From NCBI GenBank assembly GCA_031409655.1, contig JANNXQ010000084.1, positions 1 to 42,046 of the forward strand: DNA of 42,046 nucleotides, read 5' to 3'. Source of the stretch: Chthoniobacteraceae bacterium. Its GTDB lineage: Bacteria > Verrucomicrobiota > Verrucomicrobiia > Chthoniobacterales > Chthoniobacteraceae. A model generated the notes under the pieces. That model did no database searches. It worked only from the letters and a program-made list of their open reading frames with translations, and had not been told where the DNA came from. This document shows, in pieces, positions 28,728-37,715 of the stretch. The position numbers and the translations under genes were made by a program. The first letter of the stretch is position 1. The number at the start of each line of letters is the position of its first letter.

Positions 28728-31700
28728 ATGAAAGCCTTTTCCTTGCGCCTCGCCCTTTGTCTCCTCGCGCTGCTTCCCGCTCAGCTTCACGCGGGCTTTT
28801 CGACCCTCTGGACCCTCGGGACACCGGACAATACCCCTTCCGAGTTCAGCGGCGAAAACGGTAACTCCAACAATCCTCCCGGGAGCGCGACCCTCCTCGA
28901 CGACGACTACTACTTCGCGGGCAGCTACGCCGCACCGATCGGCGTCCTGGCGGCGGCCGAGCCGATCCTGAATTTCGAGCGCGCCTTGACCTCGGCCGAT
29001 CCGACAGACCGCATCCACTTCACCCTCACGGCGTCGCAGGCTGCCGCGACCTCCCGCCTCCGCCTCACTTTCCGGATGGTCTGGGGCGGCTGGTGGGATG
29101 CCGTGAATCAGGTCAGCGGCGAGGGCTTTGGCTCGCACACGCTCGTGGTGAAGATGAACGGACAGATTCTGGCCACGCGCGTTTTCACGGGGGACTACAC
29201 CATGACTGTTCTCACCAGCGCGGCCACCGGAGCGGCCGTGGTGGGAGGAAATACGATCGAAATTTCCCGCACCGGTGGCACGCCGGTCGGGTGGATCCAA
29301 TTTGACTACCTCACGATGGAGGTCGATCCCACGGCGCTCACTGATGCCGATGGCGATGGCCTGCCCCAATGGTGGGAACTCGACAATGGCCTGAGCGACG
29401 GGAATCTCGCCGACGCCGCGCAGGACTCGGATGGCGACGGCTCCACGAACGCCCAGGAATTTGCCCGCGGCACGAATCCGCAACTCGCCGATACCGATGG
29501 CGACGGGCTCAAAGATGGGGCGGAGACAAATACCGGCACTTATGTAAGTGCTACCAACACCGGGACGAATCCACTGAAGGCCGACACCGACGGTGATTCG
29601 CTCAGCGACGGTGCGGAGGTGGCGCTCGCCCCGCCGACGAATCCGCACTTGATCGACACCGATGGCGACGGCGCGCCGGATGCGTGGGAGGTCGCCACTG
29701 GCTACGCCCCGACGAGTGCGGCCAGCGTGCCGCCCGCTTTTCCCTACGCCATCGGGGTGAAGTTCGTTTGTGAGGTGTCGTCTGTGGATGCGCTCACGGC
29801 GCGCGAAGTGGCGGGGCTGGTGCCGCAGATGAATTGGAATAACACGAAGGATCTCACGACTTGGAATTCGCCGACGGGCAAAACGGTCGATATCGCATCG
29901 CCACAGTCTGGAGCCCTCGTCAATAGCGCCGGCATCGGTCCGGCCACGTCCGTAGCGTGGAGTTCGAACAACACCTGGATTTCAGGCAACGGCGGCAGCC
30001 CGAATCAGAAGCTGCTCGGCGGTTACTTAAGCGTGTCCACGAACACCCCGGGGAGCGTGACCCTCGGCACGGGTGCCGAACCTGGCGGTATCGCCATCCC
30101 GTTTTCCTCTTACGATGTGCTCGTCTATGTGGGCGCTGCTTATGAAGGTGCGGAAGGCTTCGTGCGCTTGAACGATCAAGCCTCCAGCGACCGTTACTAC
30201 CGGGCGAATTCCGTCCGCCCGGAGTCCCGTCTCATTGAGACACTCGTTTCCTCGCCGACACTGCCCCGGCGGGGAAATGTCATCCGCTTTCGCAATGTTA
30301 CGGGACCGACTTGTAACGTGAAGCTCTTTCGCGTCGGCGATAGCCAGGTGGGTCTGCACGCGATCCAGATCGTGCATGCCACGGCAGATACCGATGGCGA
30401 CACCATCCCGGATTGGTGGGAACTTACCCACCAGTTAAAGCCGAACCTTGCGAGCGACGCCGCGCTCGATGGCGACGGCGATGGGCTCACGAATGCGCAG
30501 GAGTATGTCCGCCGTTCCAACCCCAAGCTCGCGGATACCGATGGCGATGGGCTGAACGATAACGTCGAGACTGGCACCGGCACGTGGGTGAGCGCGACGA
30601 ATTCTGGATCGAGCGCATTGCTGGCCGATAGCGATGGCGACGGTCTCAGCGATGGCGCGGAGGTCGCCGCGCTCCCCACCGCGACAAATCCGAATCTCGC
30701 CGACTCCGACGGCGACGGACGGAGCGATCGGGACGAAACTCGCAATGGCACGGATCCAAATGCGGTGACGGCGGCAACCGTGTCCGTGCCGGTGATCACG
30801 ACATCGCCCCGCACCTTCACGTGGGAACTGACCAATGTGCAACTCGTCTGGGACCACACTCGGGGACAAGTGCCGAATGGACAATCGGACGAAGACTTCC
30901 TCTTTTCCGTCTCGATCGACAATGTCGGCGTCGGTTACGGCAACGCCCTCAAGCTGGCGCTGCGCGTGAAAGACGAGCGGCTGACTTACTTCATCTACAG
31001 CAATGCCGAGTCAGCCTTCAGTTACCCGAACCAGCCTGGATCATCCATCTGGGACAGCGACTGGAATTCGCCGCCGGCCGACAAGCGCGCGGCGCTCGGC
31101 TTCAGCGGCCACGGGCGCGTGGATATCTCCGACCGTCTCCGCTTCCGTCTCACGGGCACGAGCACCGGCGCGCAGAGCGCGCAGAGCGCGTGGAGTGTGA
31201 CCTTCGAAATCCGCAACCTCGACACCAACGCCGTCGTCTCCACCCGCACCTTTACCGCCTGCACGCTGGCGGCGAGCGTGCAGAACAATACGGCGACGTG
31301 GCAGAACGAAGCCGCGGTCGTCAATCGCCCGACGCTCTGGACCCACGCCGGCGTCGCCGTTTATCTCCGCGCCACGCCGCTCGAAAACACCGCCGCCTTT
31401 GCGGCCTACAAAGACACCGACGAGGACGGTATGCCCGATCTGTGGGAAGACGCGCGCGGCCTTAATAAGAACCTCGCCTCCGATGCCACGCTCGATCCCG
31501 ACTCCGACGCCGCTTCGAATCTGCGCGAATACCTCGCCGGCACCGATCCGCAGGATGCGGATTCAGACAATGACAACGTGAACGACGGCGCGGAAATCAC
31601 CGGCGGTAGCAACCCTTTGCTCGCCTCCAGCAAGCCGGCCTACTTTCACGGTCTGCCGGCTGGGATCTCCGGCGAAGATTTGAATGGCAACGGCCTGCCG

Positions 31701-33836
31701 GATGCGTGGGAGCAATGGGTCGGCAGCTTCAGCCTCACGCCAAATGCCGACAGCGATCGCGATGGTTACACGGACGCGAGCGAGGCGCTCGCCGGCACAA
31801 ATGCGCTCGATCCGAATTCGCACCTTTGGTCCAGCTCGGAGCGTTCCGGCAGCGATCTCGTGCTGCGCTGGCCGCGTACTCTTTACAAGCGGCATGAAGT
31901 GACGCAGAGCTCGAACCTCAGCGCCTGGACGCTGACACCCGGCGCGCCGACGGCAGTGGGCGACGAGTTCCAGCAGACTTTTGTGAACGCGCTCACTGGC
32001 GCACCAAAGTTCTACAAAGTCGGCGTCGGCCATCTCGACACGGATCTCGACGGCGTCAGCGATTGGACGGAGGCCACCGTGCTCGGCTCCGATCCCACCC
32101 GCGCCCACAGTCTGCGCGCCGCCGTGCCCTTGGATACGAACGTGAATGGTGCGCCTGACACGACGATAAGCGGCGACTACGCCGCTCTCGTCGAGCGTTT
32201 CCAAGGTGCGCAGGCGAGCGGCGGTTTTGCGGGTGGCAGCGCGGCAGCCGGACTTTCGCAGGCGAATGCGGCGCGCTTTCTGACGCAGGCGAGCTTTGGT
32301 CCGACGCCGGCCGACATCGAGCGCGTGCAGCAGATTGGTTTCGCGGCGTGGATCACGGAGCAAATGGCCAAGCCCGCGACGCTGCACTCGACTTACATCA
32401 AGGCCATCAACGCCGATCTCCACGGCCCGCGCGTCGATCTCCGCTATAGCTACAATGACAGCGACAATACGCTCTTCGGAAATAACCTCTCCACCGCTTT
32501 TGCGCGCGCCGCGATCCAGGGCGAGGACCAGCTCCGGCAACGCGTGGCCTATGCGCTCAGTCAGATTCTCGTGACCTCGCTCCGTGACTCGAATCTCGAA
32601 AACCGTCCCTTCGGCATGGCCGATTACTACGACATTTTCGTCCGGAATGCTTTCGGGAATTACCGCGATGTGCTCATGGAAGTAACTCTCCATCCATGTA
32701 TGGGTCGTTACCTCAGCAGCGTCGGGAATCAAAAAGCGAACCCGGCGATCAATCAGTTTCCCGACGAGAACTTCGGACGCGAAGTCATGCAACTCTTCGC
32801 CATCGGCCTCTGGGAGCTGAATCCCGACGGTGCGCGCAAAGTGAATGTGCAGGGTCAAAACATTCCCACTTACTCGAACACGGAGATCACCCAGATGGCG
32901 CGCGTCTTTACCGGGCTCTGGTTCGGCGGACGCCAGTGGGGCGATGGCGGCTGGACGGATGCCGACATGGCCACCCCCATGACGATGCACGCAGAGCGCC
33001 ACGACTTCGGGCAAAAGAACTTGCTCGGCGGTTTCATCATCCCGCAGCGTCCCGTGACACCCGAAGATGGGATGCGCGACGTGGCCGATGCCATCCGCTC
33101 GCTCTTCCAGCACGCCAATACCGCCCCCTTCATCGCCCAACGGCTCATTCAGTTATTCGTCACCGACAATCCTTCGCCGGCCTTCGTCGGACGTGTCGCG
33201 GCGATCTTCGCCAACAATGGCAGCGGTCTGCGCGGCGATCTCGGCGCAGTGGTGCGGGCGATCCTGCTCGACCCCGAAGCGCGGGATGCGCGGTTCACGG
33301 CGAGTGTGGCGTTCGGAAAACTCCGCGAGCCCGTGCTCCGGGCGATGGCGCTCGGACGGGCCTTCGGGATGAAAGACGTGCCGGGCCTGCTCTGGTGGGA
33401 TTTCGGAAATTTCTTCGAGTCCGCGCGCCAGAAGCCCATGTATTCGCCGAGTGTCTTTAATTTCTACCGCCCGGACTACCGCGCGCCGGGCTTGCTCACG
33501 CAGAATGGCATTGCCGGCCAGGTCTTTCAGATCACCGACAGTTACTCGTCGATTGCTTTTCCGAATCAGCTTTGGGACCTCGTCGAGAAAGGCTTCCGCT
33601 TATACGATGAATATGCCTTTCCGCTCGATCTCTCCACCGCCGTGGCCCTCGCCGCGACGCCGGAATTGCTCGTCGACCACGTCAATACGCTCCTCTGTTC
33701 CGGTCAGATGAGCGCCGCCAGCCGCACGATCCTGCTCGCCGCGATCGCCGAGATTCCGGCCAGCCAACCCGCGGCGCGCGCGCGCGTCGCCGCCTACCTC
33801 GCCGTGGTCGCGCCCGATGGCGCTGTGCAAAAATAA
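28728..33836 (+). CDS. Large secreted DUF1800 protein with CBM-like N-domain and clustered DxDGDG Ca-binding repeats
   Basis: Signal peptide MKAFSLRL...; ~16 DxDxDG-type motifs; AARFLTQASFGP, DQLRQRVAYALSQI, PDENFGREVMQLF, GKLREP, SPSVFNFY. Confidence 0.88.
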   Translation: MKAFSLRLALCLLALLPAQLHAGFSTLWTLGTPDNTPSEFSGENGNSNNPPGSATLLDDDYYFAGSYAAPIGVLAAAEPILNFERALTSADPTDRIHFTLTASQAAATSRLRLTFRMVWGGWWDAVNQVSGEGFGSHTLVVKMNGQILATRVFTGDYTMTVLTSAATGAAVVGGNTIEISRTGGTPVGWIQFDYLTMEVDPTALTDADGDGLPQWWELDNGLSDGNLADAAQDSDGDGSTNAQEFARGTNPQLADTDGDGLKDGAETNTGTYVSATNTGTNPLKADTDGDSLSDGAEVALAPPTNPHLIDTDGDGAPDAWEVATGYAPTSAASVPPAFPYAIGVKFVCEVSSVDALTAREVAGLVPQMNWNNTKDLTTWNSPTGKTVDIASPQSGALVNSAGIGPATSVAWSSNNTWISGNGGSPNQKLLGGYLSVSTNTPGSVTLGTGAEPGGIAIPFSSYDVLVYVGAAYEGAEGFVRLNDQASSDRYYRANSVRPESRLIETLVSSPTLPRRGNVIRFRNVTGPTCNVKLFRVGDSQVGLHAIQIVHATADTDGDTIPDWWELTHQLKPNLASDAALDGDGDGLTNAQEYVRRSNPKLADTDGDGLNDNVETGTGTWVSATNSGSSALLADSDGDGLSDGAEVAALPTATNPNLADSDGDGRSDRDETRNGTDPNAVTAATVSVPVITTSPRTFTWELTNVQLVWDHTRGQVPNGQSDEDFLFSVSIDNVGVGYGNALKLALRVKDERLTYFIYSNAESAFSYPNQPGSSIWDSDWNSPPADKRAALGFSGHGRVDISDRLRFRLTGTSTGAQSAQSAWSVTFEIRNLDTNAVVSTRTFTACTLAASVQNNTATWQNEAAVVNRPTLWTHAGVAVYLRATPLENTAAFAAYKDTDEDGMPDLWEDARGLNKNLASDATLDPDSDAASNLREYLAGTDPQDADSDNDNVNDGAEITGGSNPLLASSKPAYFHGLPAGISGEDLNGNGLPDAWEQWVGSFSLTPNADSDRDGYTDASEALAGTNALDPNSHLWSSSERSGSDLVLRWPRTLYKRHEVTQSSNLSAWTLTPGAPTAVGDEFQQTFVNALTGAPKFYKVGVGHLDTDLDGVSDWTEATVLGSDPTRAHSLRAAVPLDTNVNGAPDTTISGDYAALVERFQGAQASGGFAGGSAAAGLSQANAARFLTQASFGPTPADIERVQQIGFAAWITEQMAKPATLHSTYIKAINADLHGPRVDLRYSYNDSDNTLFGNNLSTAFARAAIQGEDQLRQRVAYALSQILVTSLRDSNLENRPFGMADYYDIFVRNAFGNYRDVLMEVTLHPCMGRYLSSVGNQKANPAINQFPDENFGREVMQLFAIGLWELNPDGARKVNVQGQNIPTYSNTEITQMARVFTGLWFGGRQWGDGGWTDADMATPMTMHAERHDFGQKNLLGGFIIPQRPVTPEDGMRDVADAIRSLFQHANTAPFIAQRLIQLFVTDNPSPAFVGRVAAIFANNGSGLRGDLGAVVRAILLDPEARDARFTASVAFGKLREPVLRAMALGRAFGMKDVPGLLWWDFGNFFESARQKPMYSPSVFNFYRPDYRAPGLLTQNGIAGQVFQITDSYSSIAFPNQLWDLVEKGFRLYDEYAFPLDLSTAVALAATPELLVDHVNTLLCSGQMSAASRTILLAAIAEIPASQPAARARVAAYLAVVAPDGAVQK

Positions 33837-33848
33837 GTAACTCATCCG

Positions 33849-35300
33849 ATGAAAACCTTGCCTCCCACTCGTCGTCAGTTCCTCGGTCAAGCCGGATGCG
33901 CCGCGCTCAGCTCCGTTTCGATGCTGAATATGCTGCTCAACTTGAAGCTCGCTAATCAGGCCGCTGCCCAAGGCTCCTTTGCCGATCGCAAGACGCTCGT
34001 CTGCCTCTTCCTGCATGGCGGAAATGACTCCTATAACATGCTCATCCCCCGCGACGCGGCGCGCCATGCTACCTACGCGGTCTCGCGGGGAAATCTCGCG
34101 CTCTCGCAGGCAGCGATCGCGCCGGGTGCGCTGAATCAGGACGCCGGTGGAGATGGTCAGCTTTACTCACTCCATCCGAGTTGCACGGGGATGCGCGAAC
34201 TCTTCAACGGCCTCGGCGGTGACCTGGCCAAGCGGCGGCTTTCGGTGGTGACAAATGTCGGCACCCTCATCCAGCCGACGAATAAGGCGCAGTATCTCGC
34301 CGAGTCGGTGCCGCTGCCGCGCGCGCTCTTTTCGCATAGCGATCAGGCGGATCACTGGCAGACCTCCGTTCCGCAAGGCCTCGCCCAACTCGCCGGCTGG
34401 GGCGGGCGCACCGCGGATGTGCTGCACAGTACCGCGAATACGGGCCAGACGGCGATGAGCATTTCCTTCGATGGCAATAACCTCTTCCAGGTTGGCAATA
34501 ACACGCAGCAGTTCGTCGTCACCCCCGGCGGTGCGCTCACCTTCACCGCGAGCGGCGCGGTCTCGCCGAATCCGCTGGCCGTCAAGAACGCCGCGCACCG
34601 CAGCCTTATCGAGCAGCACTATAGTAACTTGATGCAGGAGTCCTTCGGACAGCTCACAAAGACCAGCGTGGACCTCCAGGAGTACTTTCAAACGCTCTTT
34701 AATGGCTTCGACGAATCCCTCCTCCAGACGCCCTTCCCGGCGAATAACTATCTGGGTGAAAACCTCCGCTCGATTGCGAAGACGATTGCCCTCCGTCCGC
34801 AGCTCGGGCTGCGCCGGCAGACGATCTTTCTGACTTACGGAGGCTGGGATCATCACGCCGAACTCATCAACACCCAGGCCGGCATGCTCGCGTATCTCGA
34901 CGGTGCCCTCACCGCTTTCCAAAAGGCGCTCGAAGAACTGGGTCTCGCGAACGACGTGATCACTTTCACCTGCTCCGATTTTGCGCGCACCCTGCGCAGC
35001 AATGGCCAGGGCACCGATCACGCCTGGGGCGGCAATGCGCTCGTCATGGGCGGCCCCGTGCAAGGCGGCCGCATCCTCGGCACCTTCCCGGATCTGGCGC
35101 TCGATGGCTCCGACGATGTGGGTTACGGCGGACGCCTCCTGCCGACCACATCCGTCGATCAACTTTTCGCCGAGCTGCTCCGCTGGTTCGGCGTCAGTGC
35201 GGCGAATATGAGTTACGTCCTGCCGAACATCGCGAACTTCTACAATGTGAACTCCAGCACCCTTCCCCTAGGCTTCCTGCGGCCGGGGACGTGGACGTGA
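33849..35300 (+). CDS. DUF1501 protein with Tat signal
   Basis: TRRQFL, CLFLHGGNDS, LFSHSDQ, GGWDHH, SDFART, GTDHAWG. Confidence 0.9.
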   Translation: MKTLPPTRRQFLGQAGCAALSSVSMLNMLLNLKLANQAAAQGSFADRKTLVCLFLHGGNDSYNMLIPRDAARHATYAVSRGNLALSQAAIAPGALNQDAGGDGQLYSLHPSCTGMRELFNGLGGDLAKRRLSVVTNVGTLIQPTNKAQYLAESVPLPRALFSHSDQADHWQTSVPQGLAQLAGWGGRTADVLHSTANTGQTAMSISFDGNNLFQVGNNTQQFVVTPGGALTFTASGAVSPNPLAVKNAAHRSLIEQHYSNLMQESFGQLTKTSVDLQEYFQTLFNGFDESLLQTPFPANNYLGENLRSIAKTIALRPQLGLRRQTIFLTYGGWDHHAELINTQAGMLAYLDGALTAFQKALEELGLANDVITFTCSDFARTLRSNGQGTDHAWGGNALVMGGPVQGGRILGTFPDLALDGSDDVGYGGRLLPTTSVDQLFAELLRWFGVSAANMSYVLPNIANFYNVNSSTLPLGFLRPGTWT

Positions 35301-35310
35301 GGAAAATGGA

Positions 35311-35372
35311 GAACATCGAACATCGAATGCAGAGTGCGGCAGCGCGGCTCTTCCGTTTGATGTTCGATGTTT
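35311..35372. repeat. Heptamer (GTTCGAT)n inverted-repeat element, copy 2
   Basis: GAACATC GAACATC GAAT ... GTTTGAT GTTCGAT GTTT. Confidence 0.75.
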
Positions 35373-35383
35373 AGCCGATGGGA

Positions 35384-36001
35384 ATGTCGGACCCGTCATC
35401 ATTGCGGAAAGCACTCGCGGGGATCGGAGCCCTCGCGGTCGTGCTGATTGCAGTTTCCATCTTCCGCCTGCGCCCACCACCTTCCGGCGCGTTCCCTTCT
35501 GCGTCGTCAACACCCGCCGCCGCCACGCCAAGTTCGATAGCTGCCGCCGTTCCAGTCCATCCCGGCAGCGCCGCTGAGCCCCCGTTCGCCGAGCGTATCC
35601 TCGCCACTTACGCCGATCCAGCGCGGTCGCCCGAGGAAGACCTCCGCGACATCGTGCGCACATTGGACAACTTCGCGCTGCTCGTAAAAGGCGAGAATCC
35701 GCTCCCGCTAGGCGCGAACGAGGAGATCGCCGCCGCGTTGCGGGGAAAGAATCGCGGCCAACTTCGGGCCTTGCCGGACGATTCCCGCGCTTTCAACGCG
35801 CAGGGCCAGATCGTCGATCGCTGGGGCTCACCCTTGTTCTTCCACGCTGAAAGTCGCGCTCGCCTCGACATTCGCAGCGCCGGCCCCGATCGCGTGATGT
35901 GGACCGCGGACGACCTGCACCGCAAGCATGACGGACGCATGCTTCGCGGCGACGCGCTCCTCCCTGCAAGTCTCTTCGGCAGCGCGAAGGACAGGAAATA
36001 G
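35384..36001 (+). CDS. Hypothetical membrane-anchored protein with GspG-pseudopilin-like C-terminal motifs
   Basis: N-terminal TM; VDRWGSPLFF and IRSAGPD...TADD. Confidence 0.65.
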   Translation: MSDPSSLRKALAGIGALAVVLIAVSIFRLRPPPSGAFPSASSTPAAATPSSIAAAVPVHPGSAAEPPFAERILATYADPARSPEEDLRDIVRTLDNFALLVKGENPLPLGANEEIAAALRGKNRGQLRALPDDSRAFNAQGQIVDRWGSPLFFHAESRARLDIRSAGPDRVMWTADDLHRKHDGRMLRGDALLPASLFGSAKDRK

Positions 36002-36046
36002 CAGGGCTCTCCGCCGCCGCATCGGGCGCCTGAGATTGGCGATCCA

Positions 36047-36365
36047 ATGTGGATCGTCCGCCTGGCGCTTCGCCGGCCCTATACCTTTGTCGCTGCCGCA
36101 TTCGTGCAGCTGCTGCTCACACCTTTCGTGCTGCTGCGCACGCCCACGGATATCTTCCCGTCGGTCAATATCCCGGTCGTCTCGGTCATCTGGCAGTATG
36201 CCGGGCGGAGCGCCCAGGAGATCGAGCAGCGCATCGTCTGTGTCCACGAGCGCGCGGTCACCGGCCCGATCCTGCAATACAGCCTCACCAGCCCGAAGCT
36301 TTCCGAGCAGGAAATCTACGACCTCGGCCAGACCAGGTGCGGATCGGCCTCGCGACGATTCAGGA
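36047..36365 (+). pseudogene. RND (AcrB/CusA-family) permease N-terminal remnant
   Basis: MWIVRLALRRPYTF...TDIFPSVNIPVVSVIWQY...EIEQRI jumps to PILQYSLTSPKLSEQEIYDL, then frameshifts to QVRIGLATIQ and ends. Confidence 0.8.
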
Positions 36366-37715
36366 TGTGCAGATCTCGCGGACGACTCTCCCTTTCGTGT
36401 CGGTGAGGCGGAAGTCACGTCCGGCGTGGCGAAACGTGAGCTCTTCGTGATCGAGGCCGAGCAGGTGAAGCATTGTGGCGTGCAGATCGACGACGGGAAC
36501 TGTGCCCTCGACGGCCTGATAGCCGTAGTCGTCGCTCGCGCCGTAGCCAAGGCCAGCCTTCACACCACCGCCGGCCATCCAGAGTGAAAATGCGCCGACA
36601 TTATGATCGCGACCCTCGCTGCCTTCGGCGTGGGGTGTGCGGCCGAATTCGCCGGTCCACACGACGAGCGTGTCTTGCAAAAGGCCGCGCGTGGCGAGGT
36701 CGGTGAGCAGGCCGTGCAGCGGGAGATCCACCGCGGCGGCGCTGGTGCGGAGATTCGCGTTGAGGTTGAAGTGGTGATCCCAGTTGCCGTGCGTGACTTC
36801 GACGAAGCGCACGCCGGCCTCGACGAGTTGCCGCGCGAGCAGGCACTTGCGGCCGAAGTCGTCGGTCGTCTCGTTGCCGATGCCGTAGAGCTTTTTCGTC
36901 GCTTTGGTCTCGCGGTCGAGGCTCATCACGCCGGGCAGTTCGGTCTGCATTTTGAAGGCGAGTGCGAGCGACTCGATGGCGCCTTCGATCTCCGCGTTGG
37001 CGCCGGTGCGGGCGAGTTGCGCGCGATTGAGCGCTTGCGTGAAATCCATCTCGGCGCGTTGTGCCGTGGGTGCGAGTTTTGGGTGAAGGTTCGCGAGTTC
37101 CGCCCCGGCGACGGGGCGCCCGTCGGTGCCGATGCGCGTGCCCTGGTAGGTCGCGGGGAGAAAGGAACTGCCGTAGTTCTGCGCGCCACCGAAGCCGCTC
37201 GGCGGCGTGATACTCACAAAGCCCGGCAGGTTTTCATTCAGCGAGCCGAGACCGTAGAGTGCCCATGCGCCGAGCGATGGCCGCACGAACTGCGAGGTGC
37301 CGGTGTGCAGCTTGATGAACGCCTGCGGATGCGCGGGGAGATCGGTCTGCATCGAGCGGATCACGCACAACTCGTCTGCGCGCTCCGCGAGCCGCGGGAA
37401 CAGCTCGGACATCCACTGCCCGCTCTGCCCGTGCTGCGCGAATTTGAACGCCGAGCCGAGCAGCTTCGTGCCTGCGCGCGGTCCGGGCTTGCCGCTGTCG
37501 GCGTTGAGCTTCGGTTTGTAGTCGAAGGTATCGACATGCGACGGTGCGCCGCGCATGCAGAGGAAAATGACCCGCTTCGCCCGCGGCTTGAAGTGCGTGG
37601 CTTTTTCCGCCGCCACGCCTTTGAAGGCCAGCCAGCCAAAGCCGCCGCCCATGAGCCGCAGCGCGTCGCGGCGGGTGAAGATCGGAGTGATGTGATTGCA
37701 GAGCGAAGTTTTCAT
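36360..37715 (-). CDS. DUF1501 protein (PVC type)
   Basis: TRRDAL, AKRVIFLCMRGAPSHVDTFDYKP, NWDHH, GEFGRTP, GRDH, GRDFRLTD. Confidence 0.9.
   Translation of the reverse strand: MKTSLCNHITPIFTRRDALRLMGGGFGWLAFKGVAAEKATHFKPRAKRVIFLCMRGAPSHVDTFDYKPKLNADSGKPGPRAGTKLLGSAFKFAQHGQSGQWMSELFPRLAERADELCVIRSMQTDLPAHPQAFIKLHTGTSQFVRPSLGAWALYGLGSLNENLPGFVSITPPSGFGGAQNYGSSFLPATYQGTRIGTDGRPVAGAELANLHPKLAPTAQRAEMDFTQALNRAQLARTGANAEIEGAIESLALAFKMQTELPGVMSLDRETKATKKLYGIGNETTDDFGRKCLLARQLVEAGVRFVEVTHGNWDHHFNLNANLRTSAAAVDLPLHGLLTDLATRGLLQDTLVVWTGEFGRTPHAEGSEGRDHNVGAFSLWMAGGGVKAGLGYGASDDYGYQAVEGTVPVVDLHATMLHLLGLDHEELTFRHAGRDFRLTDTKGRVVREICTS

Noticed and set aside
31169..31190. 9-bp duplication (AQSAQSA) in the DUF1800 gene
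   Set aside because: Single in-frame slippage, unrelated to the CAGGATT 9-mers
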